A stretch of DNA of 63,432 nt, filler included, from Chiloscyllium plagiosum (taxonomy: Eukaryota): NCBI RefSeq assembly GCF_004010195.1. It is 3 parts of one record of this genome, joined end to end, with 100 filler letters (N's around TTAATTAATTAA, not from the genome) between each part and the next. Parts side by side here need not be neighbours in the genome. Positions count along the whole stretch, not along the records: positions 29,210 to 57,467 come from NC_057711.1; positions 57,568 to 63,432 come from NC_057711.1; 1 more part is not named here. One strand, 5' to 3'. How positions within the stretch are numbered: position 1 is the first letter of the stretch; every line of letters starts with the position of its first letter. The translations under genes and the position numbers were made by a program. Below are positions 50,804 through 62,417 of the stretch, piece after piece. The notes under the pieces were generated by a model. The model had not been told where the DNA came from. It made no database searches and saw only the letters and a list, made by a program, of their open reading frames with translations.

Positions 50804-51163
50804 GGCACGGTGGCACAGTGGTTAGCACTGCTGCCTCACAGTGCCAGAGACCTGGGTTCAATTCCCGCCTCAGGCGACTGACTGTGTGGAGTTTGCACGT
50901 TCTCCCCGTGTCTGCATGGGTTTCCTCCGGGTGCTCCGGTTTCCTCCCACAGTCCAAAGATGTGCAGGTCAGGTGAATTGGCCATGCTAAATTGCCCGTA
51001 GTGTTAGGTAAGGGGTACATGTAGGGGTATGGGTGGGTTGCGCTTCGGCGGGGCGGTGTGGACTTGTTGGGCCGAAGGGCCTGTTTCCACACTGTAAGTA
51101 ATCTAATCTAATCTAATCTAATCTAATCTAATCTAATCTAATCTAAGTAATCTAATCTAATCT
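50804..51163 (+). mobile_element. Young, near full-length HE1-type SINE with (TAATC)n tail
   Basis: A-box TGGCACAGTGG, B-box GGTTCAATTCC, central GTGTCTGCATGGGTTTCCTCCGGGTGCTCCGGTTTCCTCCCACA (V-domain-like), CR1-derived 3' end, CpGs preserved. Confidence 0.95.
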
Positions 51164-52280
51164 TAATACCATTCCAACCTACATAAAATTAGAAACCCAA
51201 AAGAACAGAATGTGTTTTTAAAGGTTTGATTGATGATACTGTTTGTTGCTGGGGACATTCATGTGTATGCATGTTAAATGGAGAGTAGCCTCAGCTATCC
51301 TGATTCCCAAAGGGAAAATTGTCAACATTCATTTTCTCCCCTCAATTCATAAGAGAGACCACTTGCGGTCTTTCAGGGAAATAAACGACAGAAGAGAAAG
51401 AAAATTGAAGGGAAGAGGACAGTTAAACACACAATTAGAGAGGTTTGCCTTTTTGCCTTAAGAGACTGAAATAAACTCTTTCAATTACAGGAATTCATAA
51501 TTAGGTTGGATAAATGCCCTCAGGATGCCATACTGTCTTCCTAATGTTTCCCAGGACACTTTCCACTGTTATGCAGTGAAAGCTCATAAAATCTATCATC
51601 CTTTGGCATCTGTGAATGATGAATTCATAAATCAAATGCTGCTTAAGAAAACCAAAACTGCCATAAATTGAAAAATTCACAAAATATTCCTTTTAATTTT
51701 AATATCCTATTAAAATTTCTCAATGATTTTGTTGTAGTGGCAGGGGTGAAGGGAAGCGTGGTTTTGGTGAGATTTTGCTTTCAGGGCTTTTTACTTCATT
51801 AATTCTTTTCTCCTTCCAGGACACTGGTTAATCATTTCTCATTGTCTTTGAACAAATTGAACATGCCTTTCTGTAGCTCTTTGTGCTTAAATCTTGTGTT
51901 CCATCTCTGATTGTTTTCTGGATGGCTCAATGTGAAGTTCTCCAAACAAGGAATTTCTCTCCTTGGTAGGGTTAAAACTTTACATTCTTGTCAACTCTCT
52001 GGTGTTCACAGATAAATTTTGATTGTCTCATTGTTTCCTCACAAGTTTATCTGATGACTTGCTGTTTGAGGGATTGTTCCTCCTGATGGCACCTTTTTAA
52101 TAATAAGTGCTAACTATGACTCACCTAGTATCCCTTTCACCTTCTCTGCACTGCTAAGTTTTAGTATTGTCATTTTTTGCACAACTGAAGTGTGACCTAT
52201 TTGTTGTTTTGTAGTACAGCCATATACAAACCTTGGGCACCAAGCCCTGACAATCCATTCCAAGAAGTTTAATATACCAA

Positions 52281-52471
52281 ATCATTGGACTGGGGTATAT
52301 AAAGTTAAAAATCACACAACACCAGGTTATAGTCCAACAGGTTTATTTGGAAGCACTAGCTTTCGGAGCGCTGCTCCTTCATCAACCATCTGATGAAGGA
52401 GCAGCGCTCTGAAAGCTAGTGCTTCCAAATAAACCTGTTGGACTATAACCTGGTGTTGTGTGATTTTTATC
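52281..52471. mobile_element. Fold-back PLE-derived insert, two back-to-back hammerhead motifs
   Basis: 79-bp arms 52306-52384 / 52391-52469 with 1 mismatch and a 6-nt loop. Flanking TTAATATAC(C/T)AA at 52269-52280 and 52472-52483. Confidence 0.93.
52387..52421 (+). ncRNA. Hammerhead ribozyme motif (family A)
   Basis: CAT-CTGATGA-A-GGAGC(agc)GCTCT-GAAA-GCTA-GTG. Confidence 0.72.
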
Positions 52472-53254
52472 TTAATATACTAATATTTCTTACATCTTCA
52501 CTTTTCCTTGATAGCTTTCAAGGTTTTCAAGGCTAAGGAAGGGCAGTTTTACCAATGCTGTCTCAATACTTGAACAATATCAAATTTGTTCTGTCAAAAG
52601 ATTTAAGCTTCTGAACGTGTCTGGAAAGAAAGCAAAAATAATCTATATAAAGTACAATAAATGCATAAAGTATGATGAATGGAATTGATGAGCTAGAATA
52701 CAATCTATTGGATAGTTGTGAATTTCAGGCATATTTTAATGTCAGCTGCAATGTGTTTTAGGATGGCATTCATGCTCATTCCCAGGCAACATGAAGACTG
52801 ACATATGGAGCTCAAATCTCTGCTCATGGTGACTCTGAGATCCTAATGACATGAGCATGAAAGTATATCCTGAGCCTGCATAATGGGAAGCTGGTCAACA
52901 GATTATCCCAAATTAGTATGTGAGATGTGGTAGTACCAATTCCACAGTGCATCACCTCTGTGCCAGAAGTATTTAACGATCTGACAATGGCAGTCAGGAT
53001 AATAGAACTGCCCTTTTTCCTTTAATAAATTGGAATTTCAACTCCATTCCATCATTCTGATGATTCTCATTTTCTAAATAGAGTTAAGTCATACTTACTA
53101 AACGCAGTATGCCTATTTCTTCATTCTAGAATCTGTGTTTCTAACTCTCTTCATAAATCGTAATTGTATGTAATTTAATACAACTTAATCCTCTCCCATG
53201 GTAGTTCATTCAACACTTGCCCATATTACTTTAGTTGTCCATTGATCCCTTCAA

Positions 53255-53990
53255 ATTGAAATTAATGGGAATCAGGGGAAAGTTCTATACAGTCATGAGT
53301 CATATCTAACACAAAGGAAAATGGTTGTGTTTGCCAATGTCCTGAATCTCAGAACATTATTGTAGGAATTTCAAAGCCCAGCAGTCAGCTGCTTTGTCAA
53401 TTTCCTTTTCTGCGTCATGACATTAAAAATGGAAATGGTTCCTGATTATTGCACAGTCCTATTTGTAATGCCTCAGAAAATGAAGCCATGTGTGTTCATA
53501 GAAAGTCATGCCTGAACAACATTTATACTTGAGCTAAGAAGTGACAAGTAAAATTCATGGTACACGTGCAAGGCAATGCCTATTTCCATCATCTCCCATT
53601 TGAAGTTCAATGGCATTACCATTGCAATATTCTGCACTATTAACCTCCTCAGCACCATTGACTAGAAATGCAATTGGATCAGTACATGTAAATACTTTGG
53701 CTACAAGAGCAGAACTGAAATGAGAATTTTGCAGTCAGTTATTCCCAACTCTCCAAACATTAAAAATTTCTCCACCACTGGTGCAAAGTGGAAAAAATAT
53801 GCAATATCAACAAAATGTAAGGTCCAAATTGCAAACACCTTCAACATCATCTTCCAAATTTATGACCTGTCCTTTCTACAAAGATATTGACATTAGACAC
53901 AAGTGAACACCATCAACTGCAAGGTCCCTCTTCAATATCATCCTTGCTTGAAAAATTATAACTGTTTCTTCAGTCATTGCGTCCATGTAA
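53255..53990 (+). mobile_element. Highly degraded RT-to-3' part of the second LINE family
   Basis: ATGGGAATCAGGGGAAA..., TGGCATTACCATTGC, ACCATTGACTAGAAA; 3' part collinear with 47670-47840. Confidence 0.55.
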
Positions 53991-54672
53991 TGACTGAGGA
54001 AGCATTCTTCCTGAGCTGAGGTTGGTGGATTGGTTTCAATTGCAGGTAAATGGGTGCAAAACATCAAAGAATCCATCTATTGGATTAGCCCAGAGCTGTC
54101 ATATCACATCACAGTCATCAGCTTCAAAAGCAGTGGAAATGTCTTGTGACCCAGAAAGGACATCCCAGGGATTGATTGTTTCCTTGAATACCTAACGGTA
54201 AATAAGCTATCTCATAATAAAATTATTGCAACTTCTAATCATGTATTTAGCACTGATGTGAAGATTGTTAATGCTAGTCAAAACATTTTGAATATTCAGG
54301 AGTGTGAAATTTCTTTTCTCTTCGGTTCTTGCTTGAATGCAGGTCAGACCATAACGACGTGATCTCCACCATGGGTAGGAAAAGGAGCAAGCCTAAATCC
54401 ACTCTACATGGGACAATGATTCAACCCCAATGTCACCAATCCGATCCACACCAATATCCAAACAACTGAACTAACTGGCTCCCAAGGTGTCTGAGTTGAT
54501 GTAGCAACATGCACTTCTATATGCAAGTCAGAGTTTTGGAGCTATGGATAGTGATAGTACAGGAACCAACTTTCTTTCCACATCACATAGTTGACCAGGA
54601 ATCTCTCCAGCACTTACTGCTTGCCAGTGACATGTGTTAGAAGATTTAGTTTGATAGTCAGGAATGTGCCAC

Positions 54673-55905
54673 AAACAAAAACAAAAATTGCTGGAAAATC
54701 TCAGCAGGTCTGGCAGCATCTGTGGAGAGAAATCAGAGTTAATGCTTGGGTCTAGTGATCCTCCTATAAAACTGATGGTCGCTAGGAAACAATTGATTTT
54801 TATGTAGAAGATAGGGTGGGGGGACGGGGTAAGGAGTAAACAATAGGCGGCGATTGAGCCCAAAGAGAGAGAAGAACATTTGGACAAACAAAGGAGTGGA
54901 TAACAGTCAGTCTAGGAGAATGAATAGCTGCTAATGGGGACAATTAGTGGTTAACAAAGCGTAGTGTGCAATAGCAGACTGTGTGATAATAAAGCCTGAT
55001 GAGTGGGAGTTGGGTAAAAATATGGGAGAAGGCGCCTCAAACACTAAAATTGCTGAACTTGATAGGGAGTCCAGAAGGCTGTAGAGTTCCCAAGTGGAAA
55101 ATGAGGTGCTGTACTTCCAGCTTGCACTGAGCTTTGTTAGAGCACTGCAGCAAGCCTGAGACAGAGGTGTAGTCCAGGGAAAGGGTGGTGTGTTGAAGTG
55201 GCAAGCAACTGGAAGCTCAGGGTCCTTTTTGTGAACAGAACAAAGGTGTTCTGCAAAGTGGTTATCCACTCTATGCTTCGGATCGCCAATTTACATTGTG
55301 AGCAGCAAATGCTGTAGACTAGATTTAGTGAAGTGCGGGAAAATTGCTGCTTCACCTGGAAGGTGTGTTTGGGCCCTTGGATACTGAGGAGGGAGGAAGT
55401 AAACAAGCAGGTTTTCCACCTTCTGTGTTTTTAAGGAAGGTGCCAGAGGAGGGTATTGGAGTGAAGGAGGAGTGGACCAAGGTGCCCCAGAAGGAACGGT
55501 CTTGTGAAAGGCTGACAAAAGAGGGGATGAGAGTATATGTTTGATGGTGACATTTCACTGGAGGTGACAGAAATGGTGGATAATGATCCTCTGAATGTGG
55601 ATGCTGGGAGGTGAGGATAAGAGGAATCCTGCCACTCCTGTGAGAGGGAAGAGAGGGGGTGAGGGTTGAAATGAGGGAGATGGATTGGACACAGCTGAGA
55701 GCCCTGTCAACTATGTTGCTGGGGAATCCTTCGTTGAGGAAGAAGGTGAACATTTTGGAGGCTCCTTTGTCAAAATTGGCAGAATCAGAACAGGTGCAAC
55801 AGCGATGGAGGGAGTGAGAGAATGAAATAGAGTCTTTACAGGAAGTAGAGTGTGAGGATGTATAGTCAAGGTCATTGCGGGAGTTGCTTGGTTTCTCGTG
55901 GATAT
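54673..55905 (-). mobile_element. Penelope-like element, degraded RT thumb / GIY-YIG / 3' terminus
   Basis: FFLNEGFPSNIVDRAL, FQVKQQFSRTSLNLVYSICCSQC, HFAEHLCSVHKKDPELPVACHFN. Confidence 0.88.
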
Positions 55906-56134
55906 TGGTGGGCAGAAATGAATGTGCCCTCCTTTACTATCAATGTGGAATATGTCTTAAACCTGAAGCTCCTGGCACAGAGACCGGGACATTCCTGCTC
56001 CTTTCCTGAAGTTTCTTTACAGTTGCAAAATTCAGTGTGTTTACAGTAAGAGCTCCTAGTACAATAAAGGTTCTAACTGTGATTTTTAGGGACAGTATTA
56101 TTCTTGAACTGAATGTGCCTTAATTGAATTCTTA

Positions 56135-56330
56135 GAATTAGGTATTATTGTCACTTGTACTCAAGTACAGCAATACAGGGGTACAATGAAAAGTTTATAA
56201 TTTGCCATTCATAGCACCATCTTCAGTACAAGATACCTGGGTACAAAAGTTTAGGTAAAAAGTAGAAAAATAAAGATATAAGTTACAAGTTCAACATTGC
56301 AGTTCAGTTCTTGTCAGTACGAAGTAATTA
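56135..56330 (-). mobile_element. Possible Rex1/Babar 3' UTR remnant
   Basis: TTATTGTCACTTGTAC...TACAATGAAAAG resembles 59786-59818. Confidence 0.4.
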
Positions 56331-56749
56331 ATATTCTTGAGGTCATCTGAATATAAATGAATTCCTCTGCTCTCCTGAAGATGATATTGGTGATCTAGCA
56401 ACCATTAAAACTTAGCCAGCTGGGGAGCAAGCCTAGCATTGTCATTAACATTGTGTACACAACTTTGGTCTGACGATGTTGCAAAACAGTCCATGAAGAC
56501 CAGCTGTGGACCAACAGCTACAGTATAATCGGAGACCAAGTGCGGTCTGTGGTCATATTGTTGACCTGACTTGGTATATCACCAATTTCTCCTTGAGGTG
56601 TATAAATTGGTTTACGTGTATTTTGAAATATGAGTAATAGACCCTTAAGATTGTGGAATGGTTCTTCCCACATTTCTTTCTACTGATAACAATACAATGA
56701 ATGCTTTGTTGACTTTTCATAATTGTGATTTTATTTTATGCAAACATGT

Positions 56750-57056
56750 AATGTGGGACTCTCTGCCTAGACCAGCTTTTGTTGGCATCGCTAATTGCCC
56801 TTGAGATGGTGAATCACTTCCTGGAACTATTTAATTCCAGATGGTTTAGGTAAACCCACACTGATATTAAGAAGTGAGTTCCAAGATTTTGACTCACTTC
56901 CCATGAAGTAACAGTGATATAATCCCAAATCAGGTCAGTACAATACGTTCCTACATCTTTTAATTAATTCATGGATGTCGGTGTCATTGGTTGCACCAAA
57001 TTTGTTGGCCATCCCAGTTGCTCTTGACAATGTGGTGGTGAGCTGCCTCCTTGAAC
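56750..57056 (-). mobile_element. Two tandem 3' ends of the second LINE family
   Basis: Reverse complements of 47790-47990. Confidence 0.65.
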
Positions 57057-57331
57057 CATGATTTGGAGATGCCGGTGTTGGACTAGGGTGTACAAAGTTA
57101 AAAATCACACATCATCAGGTTATAGTCCAACAGTTTATTTGGAAGCACTAACTTTCGGAGCACTGCTCCGAAAGATGAGAGACTTAACAAACAATCCGGG
57201 TCTTTTTCAATATATAATTTCAGTTGCATCACACTGTAAACTTTTGCTATAAATTCTGTGTCTATAACAATCTTATTCTCCACCATCACCTGATGAAGGA
57301 GCAGCATTCCGAAAGCTAGTGCTTCCAAATT
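57057..57331. mobile_element. Fold-back PLE terminal insert with hammerhead motif at 57287-57321
   Basis: Minus arm 57057-57170, plus arm 57171-57331 with CAC-CTGATGA-AGGAG(cagca)TTCC-GAAA-GCTA-GTG. Confidence 0.88.
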
Positions 57332-57332
57332 A

Positions 57333-57467
57333 TCATAGAGTCATAGAGATGTACAGCATGGAAACAGACCCTTCGGTACAACCCATCCATGCCGACCACA
57401 TATCCCAACCCAATCTAGTCCCACCTGCCAGCACCCGGCCCATATCCCTCCAAACCCTTCCTATTCA
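57333..57467 (-). mobile_element. CR1 3' end, truncated by gap
   Basis: Near-identical to 37880-38012. Confidence 0.93.
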
Positions 57468-57567
57468 NNNNNNNNNNNNNNNNNNNNNNNNNNNNNNNNN
57501 NNNNNNNNNNNTTAATTAATTAANNNNNNNNNNNNNNNNNNNNNNNNNNNNNNNNNNNNNNNNNNNN
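57468..57567. other. 100-bp scaffold join: 44 N + TTAATTAATTAA + 44 N (artificial linker)
   Basis: Identical construct at 29110-29209. Confidence 0.95.
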
Positions 57568-58006
57568 CACCTCCGCTCCCTCACCACCAGACGCCTGGAG
57601 GAAGGACGCCTCCTCTTCCGCCTCGGAACACTTCAACCCCAGGGCATCAATGTGGACTTCAACAGTTTCCTCATTTCCCCTTCCCCCACCTCACCCTAGT
57701 TCTAAACTTCCAGCTCAGCACTGTCCCCATGACTTGTCCGGACTTGTCCTACCTGCCTATTTCTTTTTCCACCTATCCACTCCACCCTCTCCTCCCTGAC
57801 CTATCACCTTCATCCCCTCCCCCACTCACCCATTGTACTCTATGCTACTTTCTCCCCACCCCCACCCTCCTCTAGCTTATCTCTTCACGCTCCAGGCTCA
57901 CTGCCTTTATTCCTGATGAAGGGCTTTTGCCCGAAATGTCGATTTCGAAGCTCCTTGGATGCTGCCTGAACTGCTGTGCTCTTCCAGCACCACATCATCC
58001 AGAATC
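57568..58006 (+). mobile_element. Young PLE 3' end with hammerhead motif at 57909-57944
   Basis: TRRLEEGRLLFRLGTLQPQGINVDFNSF; ATTC-CTGATGA-AGGGC(tttt)GCCC-GAAA-TGTC-GATT. Confidence 0.92.
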
Positions 58007-59165
58007 TCTGATTATAACCCTTGTCAGAATTGAATCGCTATGTGCAACTTAGAGATGTGAGTATAAAATTGTAACAGTACTTCATGTTTGAGAGTTAATT
58101 GCGAAAATGAATTGGGCTGGAGGAAGATTGTTGGTATGTGAATGAAGCAGACTGATGAAGGGAAGTGACTGCAAGACAAGTGGTTTATTTGACAGAATAT
58201 AACATTCGATGATGTATTCACTGGCATGAACTACTTAGATGAGATCATTCAACGTCTTCATACACTTGATCCTGCTCCTTGAAGCTAAATTGCTGGCTTT
58301 GCAGTGTCAGCCTGATGGCATTCTGACCCCTGTGGATAGGTCATATCCCTCCTCCTGTTCACTTACTGCGCTAAGGGCTACAACAGAAAACCATGGAACA
58401 TGTTCTCCCTTGTTTTGCATCATATTTACTTGTCTTCCTGTTTAGATTTGCCTGCTAGCCATGGTAGTCCAGCACCTGCTGCACACACAATCACCTCTTC
58501 TATGAGTATTGTAGACTAACCTTACCTGTTAGTCTTGCACAAGCATGGTCCCCTTGCTGGGATGTACAACTACTCATTGCTGTAAACAGCAATGTATGTC
58601 TTAATTGTAGCTGAATCCCACACTCATTTTCAGACATTTTTCAATCATTCCTCACAAGGTTTTCATCAGGTCAAGTCTGTCAAGTATTTTGAAATAATTC
58701 ATATTGTTATATTCAGGATGGATGTCTCTTAAGACCACATCTGGTCATTGTCTGACCTGTCTGATTCATTTTCCCAAACCATAATGTTTGGCTTCAGCTC
58801 TTTATCCTAAAGGTCAAATGCATGTATTTTCTCATCATAATGAATATGGTAATCCATCTTTCCATTTTTTAAATACATTTTTCTTGGATGAAATGTTTCC
58901 TTTTAAATTGCATTATTCTTATGGAAATGAATGGATATATAGATGTGCTTTCTTTCCATTTTTCATAATAGATAGAATCTTTTAATTCCTTCAACAACAT
59001 GAGCTAAATGTTTTAACTGTTTTCACACATATATTGCAGCTCAAACTGTACTATTGATGTTCATACCGCACAGACTACAGAGAATCAAAAATATGGCTGA
59101 CCACATTCTTCTCAATGGTAACTAAAGGTGGGCAACAAATGTTGCCGTTGTCTGTGAAGCCAATG

Positions 59166-59760
59166 TGTTAGAACCCTCACCGATTTTCATTACTTTTATT
59201 TTATTCTTTAATCAATTTTGTATTTTGAGCTGGAACTGATGGACTTTGGGACAGCTGGGGTGAAAAAGAAAATAACAGACTAGGTAGGTTTTGTATGTTT
59301 GTGAGGCCAGACCTGGAGGCTAATTGAAAGCTAGCCTTAATTAAAAGTTTCTAAAAGTCAGTGAATCCTAGGGAGAGCATTACGTTTAAACAGGTAACAT
59401 AAGTTGGCTATTAACGAGGTCAGTGTCTGGGAGTTATTTCCTATAGGAGACCCTATGTTCAAGCAGATGGTAGCTATTGAATAGTGACAGAGACCTTGGG
59501 GAGAGACTATCAGGGTGGAATCAGAACTAAAGCATTTTTTTTTGGAATTATATCTTTTGTATGAATAATACTGAAAACAAAGGTTTTGGGTTTAAAGAAT
59601 AGACATTAAGCTGTTTGCTGTACTGTTTAATTTTCTGTCTGCTAAAGTTAGTGGATATATAATAAATTGTTCAGACTTTTGTTTAAGATGCGATACTGAT
59701 GTCTGAAAATTAATTATTCTCTAAGTCTGGGATTGGTCTGGTTAGGAACCATTGGAGTGA
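59166..59760 (+). mobile_element. Possible LTR remnant cut by the Rex1 insertion
   Basis: TGTTAGAA start and AATAAA at about 59661. Other end and TSD not resolved. Confidence 0.3.
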
Positions 59761-59761
59761 T

Positions 59762-61140
59762 TATTTGAATTGAACTGAATTGAATTTATCGTCACGTGTA
59801 CGAGGCACAGTGAAAAGCTTTGACTTGCGAGCAATACAGGCAGGTCACAGAGGTAAGTAGCATAGGTAGTAAATAATAGGTGAACAGCGGCAAAAACAAA
59901 AACACAGGTACAGGCGAATGTTAAGAGTCTGTGAGTCCATTCAGTATTCTAACAACAGTAGGGTAGAAACTGTTGCGAAACCAGCTGGTGTTTGTGTTCA
60001 GGCTTCAGTACCTTCTTTCCGATGGTAGAGTTTGCAGAAAAACATTGCCAGGGTGGGATAGGTCTTTAAGAATGCTGGTGGCCTTTCCTTGACAGCGAGC
60101 CTGGTAGATGGATTCTATAGATTGGGGGGGGGGTTGGCCTTTGTGATTGTCTGGACCGAGTTCACCACTCTCTGCAACTGTCTCTGATCTTGAATGGTAC
60201 AATTGCCACACCAGGTAGTGATACATCCAGATAGAATACTCTCGATGGAGCACCTATAAAAATTGGCAAGGATTTTCGCCGTCATTCCAAATTTCCTCAG
60301 CTGTCTGAGGGAGAAGAGACATTGTCGGGCCTTTGTAACCAGTGTGTCCACATGAAGAGTCTAAGAAAACTTGTTGTTGATGACCATTCCCAGGAGCTTG
60401 ACATTCTCCACACATTCCACTTTTGTGTTGTTAATGTGTAGGAGGGCATGAGTAACTTCCTGCCGAAAGTCAGTAATGTGTTCCTTGGGTTTTGCCGGCA
60501 TTGAAAGCTAGGTTGTTCCCAGTGCACCATTTTCCCAGGTCTTCCACCTCTTGTCTGTAGTCTGTTTCATCACCATCTGAGATTTCGACTGACGATGGTG
60601 GTGTCATCAGCGAACTTGTAAATAGCATTCCTTTGGTATTTGGCAGCGCAGTCATGGGCATACAGTGAGTACAGTAGGGGGCTGAGTACACACTCTTGGG
60701 GGGCGCCAGTGTTGAGTGTTAGTGAAGATGAAATATTGTCCCCAGTCTTCACTGATTGTGGCCTGTGGATCAGAAAACTGAGGATTCAGTTGCAGAGAGT
60801 CGGGCTTAGTCCAAGATCACTAAGTTTAGTAATCAGTCTTGAGGGGATACTTGTGTTGAAGGATGAACTGTAGTCAATGAGTAGGATTCTTACTTAGCTA
60901 TTCTTGGTGTCTAGATATTCTAGGGAGGAGTGAAGGGCATGTGATGTGACATCTGACAAATTGGAATGGGTCATGAGTAGTGGGGAGGGTGGAGTTGATT
61001 AATGCCATAACCAGCCCTTCAAGGCACTTCATGACTACTGAAGTTAGGGCCACTGGGCGGTAGTCATTGAGACATGCTGCATGAGCCTTCTTAGGCACAG
61101 GGATGATGTTGACCCTCTTGAAACAGTGACCTGTTGCAGG
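59762..61140 (-). mobile_element. Rex1/Babar-clade LINE, RT to 3' end, frameshifted; (CAATT)n tail
   Basis: [79 protein letters not shown]. Confidence 0.93.
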
Positions 61141-61885
61141 GAGTATTGGTGGTGGTGCTCAGAAAGAAAACAGAGCAGGAAAGATGTCCCAGTAACCCAC
61201 TTAGTGCTTCTCAAGATGCTGTCTTTTCTTCCTCTGGCTATTCCCAATCAGTTCTGCCTTTGCAGCCTGAGAGGAGGTGATTACAGCCTTGACCTGTGGC
61301 TGAGATATGTGTGACAGTCATCTGAATCATGCAGATGCCCAATGCATCTCTGCAGACTGCTACACTTGGATCCACACAGGGGCATCCTCCAGCACTTGGC
61401 CTTGTTACACAGATGTTTTGATTGTTTGAAAAGTTCAGGGGCTCATGGATGACAATGGTACTGAATTGGAATAGCATTTTCACTCTCCTCAATGTCATCC
61501 TCAGCTCTTGGAGGGCATTGCAGATGTCCAGAAGGAAGCACCAGTTGGGGTTCAACTCCCATCAGCTATAACTATTTCCACATCACCAGCATTATTGACA
61601 TGTTTAGCACACATAAAATGACAAGTATCCTGTGTGTTATACCAGCATCATTCTGGATGGGTGCATATGGGTCTCAATGAGATGACCAACACCTCAACGG
61701 AGGAGTTCATTCATTCAAAGCCTGAGCAGTGGTGACATAGCAGAAATTCCAAGAGAGGGGAGCATATCTCCTGCTGTTCGAGGTAGAATCTCCTTTCCAG
61801 TGACTCTTGAGGCTCTATGCTTAGTTAGTGCCAACTAAGCAAGACATTGTTCCCCAAGGTAAATGACCATATCTGCCAATTTTAG

Positions 61886-62417
61886 AAATCACACAACACC
61901 AGCTTATAGGCCAACAGGTTTATTTGGAAGCACTAGCTTTCAGAGCGCTTCTCCTTCATCAGGTGGTTGTGGAGGAGAAGATCGTAAGACACAGAATTTA
62001 TAGCAAAGGTTTACAGTGTGATACACTGAAATTATGTATGGAAAAAGACCTGGATTGTTTGTTAAGTCTTTTAGAATCACCATGTCGGTTTCGGTTCTTT
62101 CATATGTAAATCCCAGAACTTTAAATAAAGTTACATTCTCAAGTGAACTTTAACAATCAGTGCCGTGTCATCTCAGATAATGCATTGAAGGTGTGAGGTG
62201 CCCTGTGTGAGGCTTTTTCAGGTCTTTTTCAGTTGCATCACACTGTAAACTTCTGCTATAAATTCTGTGTCTTACGATCTTATACTCCACAACCACCTGA
62301 TGAAGGACCAGCGCTCCGACGGCTAGCGCTTCCAAATAAACCTGTTGACGATAACCTGGTGTTGTGTGATTTTTAACTTTGTACACTCCAGTCCAACACC
62401 GGCACCTCCACATCATA
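61886..62417. mobile_element. Fold-back PLE terminal insert (about 145-bp inverted arms), hammerhead motifs at 61931-61965 (-) and 62294-62328 (+, GAAA mutated)
   Basis: 61886-62031 is the reverse complement of 62228-62372 with scattered mismatches. Matches the PLE UTR at 16870-17243. Confidence 0.9.

Noticed and set aside
50804..50875. tRNA gene
   Set aside because: The A/B boxes belong to a SINE head that continues into SINE body and tail.
54735..54780. Hammerhead in a third PLE family (also 24450-24485)
   Set aside because: The position fits, but the core boxes or stem II are too mutated to call.
58520..58595. Minus-strand 53-nt exon candidate ending CAG|GTAAGG
   Set aside because: The pyrimidine tract is weak, all frames are closed and there is no other support.
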